Shown here one piece after another: positions 55,897-64,000 of a stretch of 64,000 bases of DNA. The stretch is from Propionivibrio sp. (GTDB lineage Bacteria; Pseudomonadota; Gammaproteobacteria; Burkholderiales; Rhodocyclaceae): the NCBI RefSeq assembly GCF_029255185.1, contig NZ_JAPUVO010000088.1, positions 884-64,883 on the forward strand. Direction: 5' to 3'. Both the position numbers and the translations under genes were made by a program. Position 1 is the stretch's first letter, and each line of letters begins with the position of its first letter. The notes below the pieces were generated by a model. The model searched no databases. It saw only the letters and a list, made by a program, of their open reading frames with translations, and had not been told where the DNA came from.

Positions 55897-58428
55897 TCAT
55901 CTACCAGCGCGCAAGGCTTCCAGCGGCGGCGCACCCAGAAGGCGTGCTGCGGCAAACCAGCCGGCGGCGGTTACCAGCGCTGCGCCACCGAGCAACGCAG
56001 CAGGCGGCAGCCAAAAATCGATCTCTACCTCGAACTGAAACACCCGGCGCGCCAAAAACTGGCCCACGGTAATCGCCCCAAACGCCGCAATCAACCCAGC
56101 CAGACCACCAATCGCCGCAAATTCGGCCAGCAGGACACGGCGTAGTTGCTCGCGGCGAGCGCCCAGCGCGCGCATCACTGCCAGCTCGTAGTGCCGCTCT
56201 TCGGCAGCCGAGGCCAGCGCCGCGTAGAGCACGATGATTCCGGCCGCCAGAGTAAATAGAAAAACGAACTGAACCGCCTGCGCAACCTGATCCATGATCG
56301 CCTGCAATTGCCGCACTATCGCCGCCACATCGACGACCGTCAGGTTTGGAAACTCGCGAATCAGCCGATTGACGAAGTCGGCCTGGTTGGGCGCCAGGTA
56401 AAAGCTGGTGATCCAGCTCGCCGGATACGCTTCCAGAACGGCGGGGGGAGTCAGGACAAAGAAATTGACCCGCATCGAATCCCAGTTGAGCTTGCGCAGT
56501 CCAAGCACCTGCATGTCGACCTTCTCGCCGGCGACGACGAACTCCAGACGATCGCCAAGCTTCAGACCCAGAGTCGTGGCCAGGCCGTCTTCGACAGAAG
56601 CCATGCCCCGCCCCGCATCATCGGCCGAAAACCAGCGCCCCGCCGTCACCGCGTTGCCCTGCGGCAGGTCCAGCCGATACGAGAGATTAAACTCGCGGTC
56701 GATCAAACGCTTGGCGCGTTCGTCCGCGTAGCTGGCCGGGCTGACATCGACGCCATTGACCCTGGCCAGACGCCCGCGCACCATCGGCGCGAAGTCCGCA
56801 CTCAAATGATTATCGGCAAAGATGCGGCGCACGCCTGGCAGTTGATCGGGCTGGATGTTGACGACAAAGCGATTCGGCGCCTCGGGTGGGATGGCCCGAC
56901 GCCAGGCATCAAGCAGATCGTTTCGGGTTACAGTGAGCAGCAGCAGTGCCATGAAACCCAGCGCGAGGGCAACGATCTGCACGACGCTGGCGATCGAGCG
57001 CCGCTCGAGACTGGCCAATCCGTAGCGCCAGCCGATACCGCCCTGCCCGGTGCGCGAACGCGCACCGCCACGCAACAGCGCTGCCAGACGAATCGCCACC
57101 CGCGCCAGAAAAGCAAAAAGCAACATCGCCACCGAAAAACCGCTGACCAGATAAGCGCCAAGGCGGATTTCGCCCGCCACCCAGAACATCAGTCCGGCCA
57201 GCGCCGCCAGTCCGAGCGCGTAGCCGCCAAGCAAACGCGCTTGCGGCAGGGTGCCGCTGGAAAACTCGCGGCGCAGCACACGCAGTGTCGACACCTGCTT
57301 GAGCTGGATCAGCGGTGGCAGGGAAAACCCGAACAGCAGCAGTACGCCGATGGCACTGCCTTGCAGCGCAGGCAATAGGCCGGGTTGTGGCAGCGGCGTG
57401 GCGAGCAGTTGGGCAAGCCAGGCGTAGAGCACGAAATGCGCCAGGTAGCCAAGGCCACAACCGAGCACAGCGGACACCAGACCAAGCAAGGCAAACTGGG
57501 CGAGAAAGACGTGCAGCAAAAAGCCCTGAGTGGCGCCCAGACAGCGCATCACCGCACAGGGATCAAGATGTCTTTGCATGTAACGACGTGTTGCCAGGGC
57601 GACGGCAACGGCGGCCAGCACCACGGTCAACAGCGCGGAAAGACTGAGGAATTTTTGCGCTCGATCGAGCGCCGTGCGGATCTCCGGACGCGCATTCTGG
57701 GCGTCCTCAATGCGTTCGCCGCGTTCAAGCGATTTCTCGACACGCGAGCGAAAAGCACTGACCGTCGGCACCTCACCGGCCAGCAGCAGGCGATAGGTAA
57801 TCCGGCTGCCCGGCTGGATCAGCCCGGTCGCCTCCAGATCGGCGACATTCATCAGCAGGCGCGGCGCGACGCTGAAAAAATTGACGCCACGATCAGGCTC
57901 CAGGGTCAGGACTGCCCCTACGCGCAGGGGCTGCTGCCCGACCGCAAGTGTATCGCCCACATCGGCCGACAGTGCCGAAGCCAGTCGTTCGTCGATCCAG
58001 ATCATCCCCGGCGCTGGAATACCGCTGGCAGGTGAGTCTGCAGCATTACGCCGGGCAGCGATGCGCAGGCTGCCGCGCAATGGATAGCCGTCGGAAACCG
58101 CCTTGATTTCGGCCAACTGGGCGCGCAGGGCATCACCCTGACCGAGGCTGACCATGCTCGGAAAAGTACGTGTCTCAGCCAGCGCCAAGCCCCGCTCGCG
58201 CGCCTGGGCGGTAATTTTTTGCGGCCACGGATGATCGGTCGTCAGCAGCAGATCGGCGCCAAGCAGTTGATTGGCCTCACGTTCCAGCGCCTGGCGCACG
58301 CGGTCGGCAAAAAAACCGACGGCAGTCAGCGCCGCCACCGCAATCACCAGCGCCGCCACCAGCAGGCGCAGCTCGCCAGCGCGCGCGTCGCGGCGCAGCA
58401 TGCGCAGGGCGAAGAAAAAATGACTCAT
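55897..58428 (-). CDS. FtsX-family ABC transporter permease, duplicated (YbbP-like)
   Basis: Trimmed to MSHFFFALRMLRRDARAGELR. 843 aa with two 4-TM FtsX modules separated by large periplasmic loops. No ATPase gene is adjacent. Confidence 0.82.
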   Translation of the reverse strand: MSHFFFALRMLRRDARAGELRLLVAALVIAVAALTAVGFFADRVRQALEREANQLLGADLLLTTDHPWPQKITAQARERGLALAETRTFPSMVSLGQGDALRAQLAEIKAVSDGYPLRGSLRIAARRNAADSPASGIPAPGMIWIDERLASALSADVGDTLAVGQQPLRVGAVLTLEPDRGVNFFSVAPRLLMNVADLEATGLIQPGSRITYRLLLAGEVPTVSAFRSRVEKSLERGERIEDAQNARPEIRTALDRAQKFLSLSALLTVVLAAVAVALATRRYMQRHLDPCAVMRCLGATQGFLLHVFLAQFALLGLVSAVLGCGLGYLAHFVLYAWLAQLLATPLPQPGLLPALQGSAIGVLLLFGFSLPPLIQLKQVSTLRVLRREFSSGTLPQARLLGGYALGLAALAGLMFWVAGEIRLGAYLVSGFSVAMLLFAFLARVAIRLAALLRGGARSRTGQGGIGWRYGLASLERRSIASVVQIVALALGFMALLLLTVTRNDLLDAWRRAIPPEAPNRFVVNIQPDQLPGVRRIFADNHLSADFAPMVRGRLARVNGVDVSPASYADERAKRLIDREFNLSYRLDLPQGNAVTAGRWFSADDAGRGMASVEDGLATTLGLKLGDRLEFVVAGEKVDMQVLGLRKLNWDSMRVNFFVLTPPAVLEAYPASWITSFYLAPNQADFVNRLIREFPNLTVVDVAAIVRQLQAIMDQVAQAVQFVFLFTLAAGIIVLYAALASAAEERHYELAVMRALGARREQLRRVLLAEFAAIGGLAGLIAAFGAITVGQFLARRVFQFEVEIDFWLPPAALLGGAALVTAAGWFAAARLLGAPPLEALRAGR

Positions 58429-58435
58429 CGGCAAC

Positions 58436-59800
58436 TCAATCGAGTTCGCGCAGACGATCGACCGCCTCTTCAACCCGACGCACGGCGATCACCTCGATTC
58501 CGGCAATCGGATGTTTGGGCTTGTTGGCCTCGGGGATCATCGCGCGCGTGAAGCCAAGCTTGGCGGCTTCCCTGAGCCGCTCTTGGCCGCGTGGCGCCGG
58601 GCGGATCTCACCGGCCAGCCCCACCTCACCAAATACGATAAGCTTACTCGGCAACGCCTTGTTTTTAAGTGAAGAAACAATTGACAAAAGCACCGAAAGA
58701 TCGGCTGCCGGCTCGCTAATCTTGACCCCGCCAACGGCGTTGACGAAAACATCTTGATCAAAACAGACGATTCCCGCGTGGCGGTGCAGAACGGCCAGCA
58801 GCATGGCCAGGCGTTGCGCATCGAGACCGACGGTCAGGCGGCGCGGATTGCCGTGCGACTGGTCGACCAGCGCCTGAATCTCAACGAGCAAGGGCCGCGT
58901 TCCTTCCTGCGTGACCAGCACGCAGGAGCCGGGAACCTCCTGGCCGTGCTGCGAAAGAAACATCGCCGACGGGTTGTTAACCCCCTTGAGTCCCTTGTCG
59001 GTCATGGCGAAAACGCCGATCTCATTGACCGCACCGTAGCGGTTCTTAACCGCCCGGATCAGGCGGAAACTCGAATGGGTATCGCCTTCGAAATAGAGCA
59101 CGGTGTCGACGATGTGTTCGAGTACGCGCGGTCCGGCCAGCGCCCCTTCCTTGGTCACGTGGCCGACCAGAATGACGGTGATTCCCGTCTGCTTGGCTAA
59201 TCGCGTCAGTTGCGCCGCACACTCGCGGACCTGGGCCACCGAACCGGGTGCTGAACTGAGTTGATCCGACCACAGGGTCTGGATCGAATCGATAACCGCG
59301 ACCTGCGGCCTTTCCGCCTGCAGCGTGGCGAGAATTTTCTCCAGATTGATCTCGGCCAGCAACTTGAGCTTGCGGGTATCGAGCGCGAGGCGCCGCGCGC
59401 GCATGGCGATTTGCTGGCCAGACTCCTCGCCGCTGACATAGAGCACGTGGTGCACCGCCGACAGCTCGGCCAGCGCCTGCAAGAGCAAGGTGCTCTTGCC
59501 AATTCCCGGATCGCCGCCGAGCAGAACGACGCCACCGGCGACCAGCCCGCCGCCGAGCGCCCGGTCAAACTCGCCGATGCCGGTCGGCAGCCGGTCTTCC
59601 TCGCGCGCCTCGATCTCTGAAAGCGTCTGAATCCTGGCCGTGCCGCCCAGGGCGGCAAAACGGCTGTTGCTGGCTGGCGCGGTCTCGGCGATGGTTTCGA
59701 CCAGCGTGTTCCAGACACCGCAGCCCGGACACTGCCCCTGCCACTTGGGTACGCTGGCGCCGCATTCGGTGCAGGAATAAATGGATTTTGCCTTGGCCAA
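58436..59800 (-). CDS. radA: DNA repair protein RadA
   Basis: TTG start (MAKAKSIYSCTECGASVPKWQGQCPGC zinc finger), Walker A GDPGIGKST, KNRYG motif and a Lon-protease-like C-domain. Confidence 0.95.
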   Translation of the reverse strand: MAKAKSIYSCTECGASVPKWQGQCPGCGVWNTLVETIAETAPASNSRFAALGGTARIQTLSEIEAREEDRLPTGIGEFDRALGGGLVAGGVVLLGGDPGIGKSTLLLQALAELSAVHHVLYVSGEESGQQIAMRARRLALDTRKLKLLAEINLEKILATLQAERPQVAVIDSIQTLWSDQLSSAPGSVAQVRECAAQLTRLAKQTGITVILVGHVTKEGALAGPRVLEHIVDTVLYFEGDTHSSFRLIRAVKNRYGAVNEIGVFAMTDKGLKGVNNPSAMFLSQHGQEVPGSCVLVTQEGTRPLLVEIQALVDQSHGNPRRLTVGLDAQRLAMLLAVLHRHAGIVCFDQDVFVNAVGGVKISEPAADLSVLLSIVSSLKNKALPSKLIVFGEVGLAGEIRPAPRGQERLREAAKLGFTRAMIPEANKPKHPIAGIEVIAVRRVEEAVDRLRELD

Positions 59801-59845
59801 GTTCGAGTTTCCAATGATTGATTTAATACCGAGTGCAGCAGTCTG

Positions 59846-59990
59846 AAAAGGTTCAAGAGCGCCGGACTGACGCTGCCCAGTCGCTACCCGGAGAAGTGGA
59901 TCGTCGACCGCAAATCGGTCGGCGACGGCGAGCCGGCGCTCATCTACCTCGGGCGCTATTTCTATCGCAGGGTCTCATTCGCGAAAAGGA
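59846..59990 (+). mobile_element. internal fragment of an IS91/ISCR-family (HUH Y2) transposase gene
   Basis: The plus-frame translation KGFKSAGLTLPSRYPEKWIVDRKSVGDGEPALIYLGRYFYRRVSFAKRI carries the family's W-[IV]-V-x-x-K-x-V-G-x-G-x-x-A-L-x-YLGRY-x-x-R block, including the catalytic YxxxY. It has no start codon, a stop lies just upstream, and the sequence diverges after about 59990. Confidence 0.6.
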
Positions 59991-62099
59991 TAGGATGTGC
60001 TCGGCCACGCGCAGCGCGTTGGCGGCGATCGTCAATGAAGGATTGATGCCCCCGCTCGAGGGAAAGAAGGACGCGTCGACCACATAGAGGTTTTCTACCT
60101 CGTGGGCGCGATTCATTTTGTTCAGAACGCTAGTCTTTGGATCGTCCCCAAAGCGCACAGTACCCGACGCATTTGCTATCCCCTTCAGGGATTGTGAAAT
60201 AGGCGCACGAAGATAAAAATACGGGCGAATCGCCTTCTCGTACATGCGCCTGAAGCGTACCAGGCGTTCCTGGTCATAGCGACTGATCCGGTAATGCACG
60301 CAGATTCGTTCCCGCCCATCGGGTGCTGGTTCCATGGCTTCCACTCGGTTCTCCCAATAGGGCAGATCTTCCATGATGATAGAGCCGATCCCTGAGCGGA
60401 CAAAAAGGGCATCCAGACATCGAGCGATGCCCGCGTGAAAGTAATCAACTATTTTTGCCAGCCATGGATGTGTTCCTTGCGATAGAGAAAACAGATATTC
60501 CTTCATCGCTATCGAGCCGTGAACAAATTTCCCATAACATTGGACCGTTCCGTATTTAACGCCGTTAACGACATAAAAGTCGTTCCAGCCATTTTCTTTT
60601 AATGTGAACGGGTCCTTGGAGAAATTCCAGATACTGGGCAAAAGGTAGAGATCGGTGAGTTGGCGCATCAAATTACGTCCTACGGCCCCGGAACCGTTGG
60701 CCAGGCACTGAGGCCACAGCTCGGAACGGGACTGTAGAAGTAGGAGCGGGCTTGCCAAAGCGCCGGCAGCCAGGATCACTCGGCGACCGTGAAAACAAAT
60801 TCCCTGCTGGCCGCGCCAACGGCCATGCACTGCCGTCACAGCACCTTGATTGGATTCGAGCCGGTCAACGGCAAATCGCGTCACCAACACCGCGCCGTGG
60901 TGTTCCAGAGCGGGTTGCAGGCAAGCTGTGGCCGCATCGTTCTTGCAGCCCTTGTCGCACAAGAAATTCTGACAGTACCGGCACCCCGCCTTCCATTCGC
61001 ACGCCGAAGGGAGGGAATAGATATGAATGTTCTTCTTCCGCATGAGGCCTTCAATCATGCGCGTGGCCAGGTGCCGTGGAATCGTCGCTTTGAAGGATTC
61101 CCGCGTATCCCCACCACGAAAGGGGTCCGGCCCTTCGCGCGATTCAACGTGAAAAAGCGCTTCCGCCTCGGCGTAAAAAGGACGCAACTCGTGATAGCTG
61201 ATCGGCCAGCGTTCGGGAAGCGTGCTTTCCGTGTCCCCTCGGTGATAACGCTTGGGCTCAAAATCTGAAAGGAAAAACCGCTCCATGACCATGCCATAGA
61301 GCGCCGACGAGCCTCCTGTCCCTATGCCCATGAAGGGCCGTATGAATTGGCCCTTGACCGCATCGAATATTTCACCCCACCAGCGTCCGCCTTGGAGGGA
61401 CATTTCCTCTTCGGAATCTGGACCCATCGCTTGCTGAGACAATATCTCCATGTAGTCCCCACGCAAAGCCTTCGGGTTCGTGAGGTAATTCTCCCCTTTT
61501 TCCAGAAACAGCACGCGTTGACCACCCCGGGCCAAAGCGTAGCCCAGCGTCGCCCCGCCCATCCCGGTGCCCACGACGATGGCGTCCCAATAGGTTTTTG
61601 AAAGTTCCGATGGATCTTCTTCGGTGATGGGATTGCTTTCTTTCTCTTCGGATGCGCTGGCAAGAACGCGCTCCGCCCTCCACCTGAGGGCGACGTTCAT
61701 CATGTCCAAACCTTGTCGTACATGCCCGGTGGTGAATGTTCCCAATAGGGGGAGCATCTTCCCGCGGAATCGTTCGCTGTGAACTACTCTTGTGCTGGTT
61801 GGTCCCAACGAAAACAGTTCAAAGGAATGTTCTCCATCGATCAGGCCGCTGACATTGAACAAATGGCCGAGCCAGACAAATTCGCGCTCCGGAACAACCT
61901 TAAGCACCTCCACTCGCGTCAATGCCGTCTGAGCACCCGGAAGGTGGACCTTAAAATCGATGAAGGAGCGCTCTTCGCCAGCACCGTGTACGTGGCTAAT
62001 AAAAGGGTTCCAATCATTGTAGCCAGCCACGTCAAATACGAGTTGCCACACCAGGGCTATAGGCGCCTCAATTTGAATTTCTGTAGTGATGGCTCTCAC
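59940..62099 (-). CDS. fusion protein: N-terminal SRPBCC/START-like domain plus GMC-family FAD oxidoreductase
   Basis: GTG start with AAGGA Shine-Dalgarno. Residues 1-150 are SRPBCC-like (APIALVWQLVFDVAGYNDWNPF, IDGEHSFEL, TRVVHSERF). Then come FAD motif AIVVGTGMGG, Cys-rich block CEWKAGCRYCQNFLCDKGCKNDA, and GMC C-terminus ASGTVRFGDDP..NLYVVDASFFPSSGGINPSLTIAANALRVAEHI. Confidence 0.8.
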   Translation of the reverse strand: MRAITTEIQIEAPIALVWQLVFDVAGYNDWNPFISHVHGAGEERSFIDFKVHLPGAQTALTRVEVLKVVPEREFVWLGHLFNVSGLIDGEHSFELFSLGPTSTRVVHSERFRGKMLPLLGTFTTGHVRQGLDMMNVALRWRAERVLASASEEKESNPITEEDPSELSKTYWDAIVVGTGMGGATLGYALARGGQRVLFLEKGENYLTNPKALRGDYMEILSQQAMGPDSEEEMSLQGGRWWGEIFDAVKGQFIRPFMGIGTGGSSALYGMVMERFFLSDFEPKRYHRGDTESTLPERWPISYHELRPFYAEAEALFHVESREGPDPFRGGDTRESFKATIPRHLATRMIEGLMRKKNIHIYSLPSACEWKAGCRYCQNFLCDKGCKNDAATACLQPALEHHGAVLVTRFAVDRLESNQGAVTAVHGRWRGQQGICFHGRRVILAAGALASPLLLLQSRSELWPQCLANGSGAVGRNLMRQLTDLYLLPSIWNFSKDPFTLKENGWNDFYVVNGVKYGTVQCYGKFVHGSIAMKEYLFSLSQGTHPWLAKIVDYFHAGIARCLDALFVRSGIGSIIMEDLPYWENRVEAMEPAPDGRERICVHYRISRYDQERLVRFRRMYEKAIRPYFYLRAPISQSLKGIANASGTVRFGDDPKTSVLNKMNRAHEVENLYVVDASFFPSSGGINPSLTIAANALRVAEHILSFSRMRPCDRNSARGR

Positions 62100-62142
62100 T
62101 TAAAACGTCCTTTCTGCTTGCCAATTCGGCGAATCATGTGCC

Positions 62143-63444
62143 TCATGTTCCGTCGGATCGCTGGCCGGGGCGGAAACGGTGGCCCAGAGTCAGGATCACT
62201 ACGCGCGCTGGAAAAACGGTGGCAAAGAGCCAGTGCAAAAACGGTCGCGGCCCTGGCGTGACGATGGGCATGCGCCTTGACAAATGGCCCAAGGAGATTT
62301 TTACCACTTCCGCCGGCAACATGAATTTCTCGAAAATTCCATACTTCTTTAAGCGTGGGAAAGCGGCCATGCCCGTCTCGGTGGGCCCGGCCAAAACGGT
62401 TTGAACCAGAATTCCTCGCCGCAGCCATTCACCGTACAGCGATTGACTAAACTCCAACACGAAAGCCTTGATCGCCGCATAGACAGTGATGTAGGGAACC
62501 GGTTGCACTGCCGCCAGCGACGACACATTGATGACCGCACTGGTGAGATGGGACTCCAGGTCCTCCCTGAACAGGTAGGTGAACTCGATCAGCGACCAGA
62601 TCTGAACCTCGATCATCGACCGGTACACGTGCAACGGTGTGTCTTCAAAATAACCCCAGGTGTCGGAACCAGCGATGTTGCAAAGCACGCGAATCCGGAT
62701 TCCTTCGGCATGCAGGGCGCGACGAAGATGTTCGCCGACGCTCGGATCGGCCAAGTCGTGCGCCATGACCTTGACCTCGATCTCGTCATTCTCGCGCAGC
62801 TGCGCCGCCAACTCCTCAAGCAATTCCACACGCCGGGCCAGCAAAATGACGTTGATTCCCGCAGCCACTAATTGAACCGCGTACTCTCGCCCAATACCGG
62901 ACGAAGCGCCGGTCACCAACGCCCAGGAGCCGCGCAGGCGCTCCAGCGCCGCTTTGTCCTGATCGCCGAAACGCATGACCACACCGCGTTCTTTATCGAG
63001 CGTTTCTCCACCCTCGACGACGCTTTTCAGGGCATGATTCATCATTCCCAAGCCGATGGAGATGAGATCCCCGGACCACCATTTCCAAACCAAGGGAACC
63101 AGGAGACCCTGGATATTCTGCTTCTGAATGAAACGCGTTCGGTTCGGCCCCTCCTCCTCCAGTTGCAAAATGTATTCGCCGTCCATGATGCCCGGAATGT
63201 TCAAGTAGTGAGACTGATAAATCCATTCCTTCTCGGGAAGGAGCCGGAGCGTGCGGCAGCGATGGCGGGTCTTCCAAGCTTCTGGAAATTGAACGATCCC
63301 GCGAAAACTCTTACCCTCTTCGATGTCGCCTTCCATCAAGATTTCGTAAGGATTCCAACTGGGATAATTTTTAAAATCGGTCAGGACACGCCAGATGGCG
63401 GCGGGCGGCGCGTTGATAAGGATTTCGGTATAGATTTGTTTCAT
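62143..63444 (-). CDS. fusion protein: N-terminal SRPBCC/START-like domain plus short-chain dehydrogenase/reductase
   Basis: Residues 1-150 are paralogous to the N-domain of the next gene (APPAAIWRVLTDFKNYPSWNPY, MDGEYILQL, TRFIQKQN, GLGMMNHAL). SDR motifs follow: TGASSGIG, NVSS, YAAIK (YxxxK). Confidence 0.8.
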   Translation of the reverse strand: MKQIYTEILINAPPAAIWRVLTDFKNYPSWNPYEILMEGDIEEGKSFRGIVQFPEAWKTRHRCRTLRLLPEKEWIYQSHYLNIPGIMDGEYILQLEEEGPNRTRFIQKQNIQGLLVPLVWKWWSGDLISIGLGMMNHALKSVVEGGETLDKERGVVMRFGDQDKAALERLRGSWALVTGASSGIGREYAVQLVAAGINVILLARRVELLEELAAQLRENDEIEVKVMAHDLADPSVGEHLRRALHAEGIRIRVLCNIAGSDTWGYFEDTPLHVYRSMIEVQIWSLIEFTYLFREDLESHLTSAVINVSSLAAVQPVPYITVYAAIKAFVLEFSQSLYGEWLRRGILVQTVLAGPTETGMAAFPRLKKYGIFEKFMLPAEVVKISLGHLSRRMPIVTPGPRPFLHWLFATVFPARVVILTLGHRFRPGQRSDGT

Positions 63445-64000
63445 GCGGAGGCCCTTTGAATAATCATAGCCAGCTCATTCGCCATTCGCCAACGGAAAGA
63501 AATAGCCGAACAAACCTTAAACGAAATTTCGTGGGAAGCTCATACGTCGCCCGATGGCCCACTATAATGGCACAGCATCGAGTACAGACCCAAGCCACGC
63601 GGCGAGTGGTCGACAAATTGGCTGGCTATGCCACAGGTTCAGGAGAAACGCAAAAGCCTGGTTCAAAATGCCGCAAAAGGACAGTGCCCATGGTGACAGA
63701 AGCCAACGAGCGGAATGCAAGAACCACCAAAGCGCCAGGCATCAAGATAATCGACTGGCGCGTCTTGCTTATCACCTTCCCGCTTGAAGCCAGTCTGCTG
63801 ACTTTATCGTTCATTGCAGCCTATACAAGTCACGCGGCCTGGCGTCTTGGGCTGTTCGCCAGGGCAATTGCATCAAATTCCCTTTAACCCGAGGAGACTG
63901 GCGCGATAAGCATCGGAAGAAGCGGCGAGAATGCGACGAGTATAGATACCCCCTTTTTTCTTGGAGGTATCGAGGCGGAAAAGATTGAGGACGAGGCGAC

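Noticed and set aside
56308-57378. 356-aa plus-strand ORF
   Set aside because: It is antisense to the FtsX-type permease, and its product is Arg/Gln/Gly-rich and non-protein-like.
59206-59856. 216-aa minus-strand ORF overlapping radA in another frame
   Set aside because: It is out of frame with radA, which has zinc-finger, Walker A and KNRYG motifs. Its product is Arg/Pro/Ser-rich.
63456-63887. 143-aa plus-strand ORF upstream of the SDR gene
   Set aside because: It has a TTG start only 12 nt from the divergent SDR start codon, no Shine-Dalgarno and an atypical Arg/Thr/Ala-rich composition with no recognisable motif. It is not called as a gene, and the region is reported as unresolved.

Overview
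High-GC proteobacterial chromosome segment. Its synteny (rnfABCDGE-nth, rpmF-plsX-fabHDG-acpP-fabF, rluC/rne divergent pair, smc-zipA-ligA, dapC-dapD-dapE-prmB) is typical of Betaproteobacteria, possibly Rhodocyclales-like; that placement is inference only. About 90% of the window is ordinary, densely packed housekeeping DNA, with 53 protein genes and one tRNA-Asn called. rpmF (59 aa) falls below the ORF-track cutoff and was found by hand. Many long ORFs in the track are antisense or out-of-frame artefacts of high GC and were discarded, and several real genes needed their starts trimmed. No complete novel multi-gene system (defence island, CRISPR, secretion apparatus, prophage) could be supported. 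The parts that deserve a second look are: (1) the 3' end of the window (59.8-64 kb), where an internal fragment of an IS91/ISCR-type transposase lies between radA and a two-gene operon. In that operon a GMC flavoprotein oxidoreductase and an SDR each carry a paralogous N-terminal SRPBCC/START-like domain. (2) A family of long palindromic elements built from tandem CTCTGCG-containing nonamers inside the rnf operon; one supplies the last codons and the stop codon of rnfC. (3) A 656-aa protein joining an unassigned cytoplasmic N-domain, a TM helix and a periplasmic AsmA-like domain. (4) A visibly AT-richer module encoding a stand-alone secreted Cache protein plus an MCP. (5) A PilU-like ATPase translationally coupled into the dap operon. 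(6) A TacT-type GNAT toxin cut by the window edge and an orphan YgfX/CptA-like membrane protein. All family assignments come from motif recognition by eye; no database search was run.
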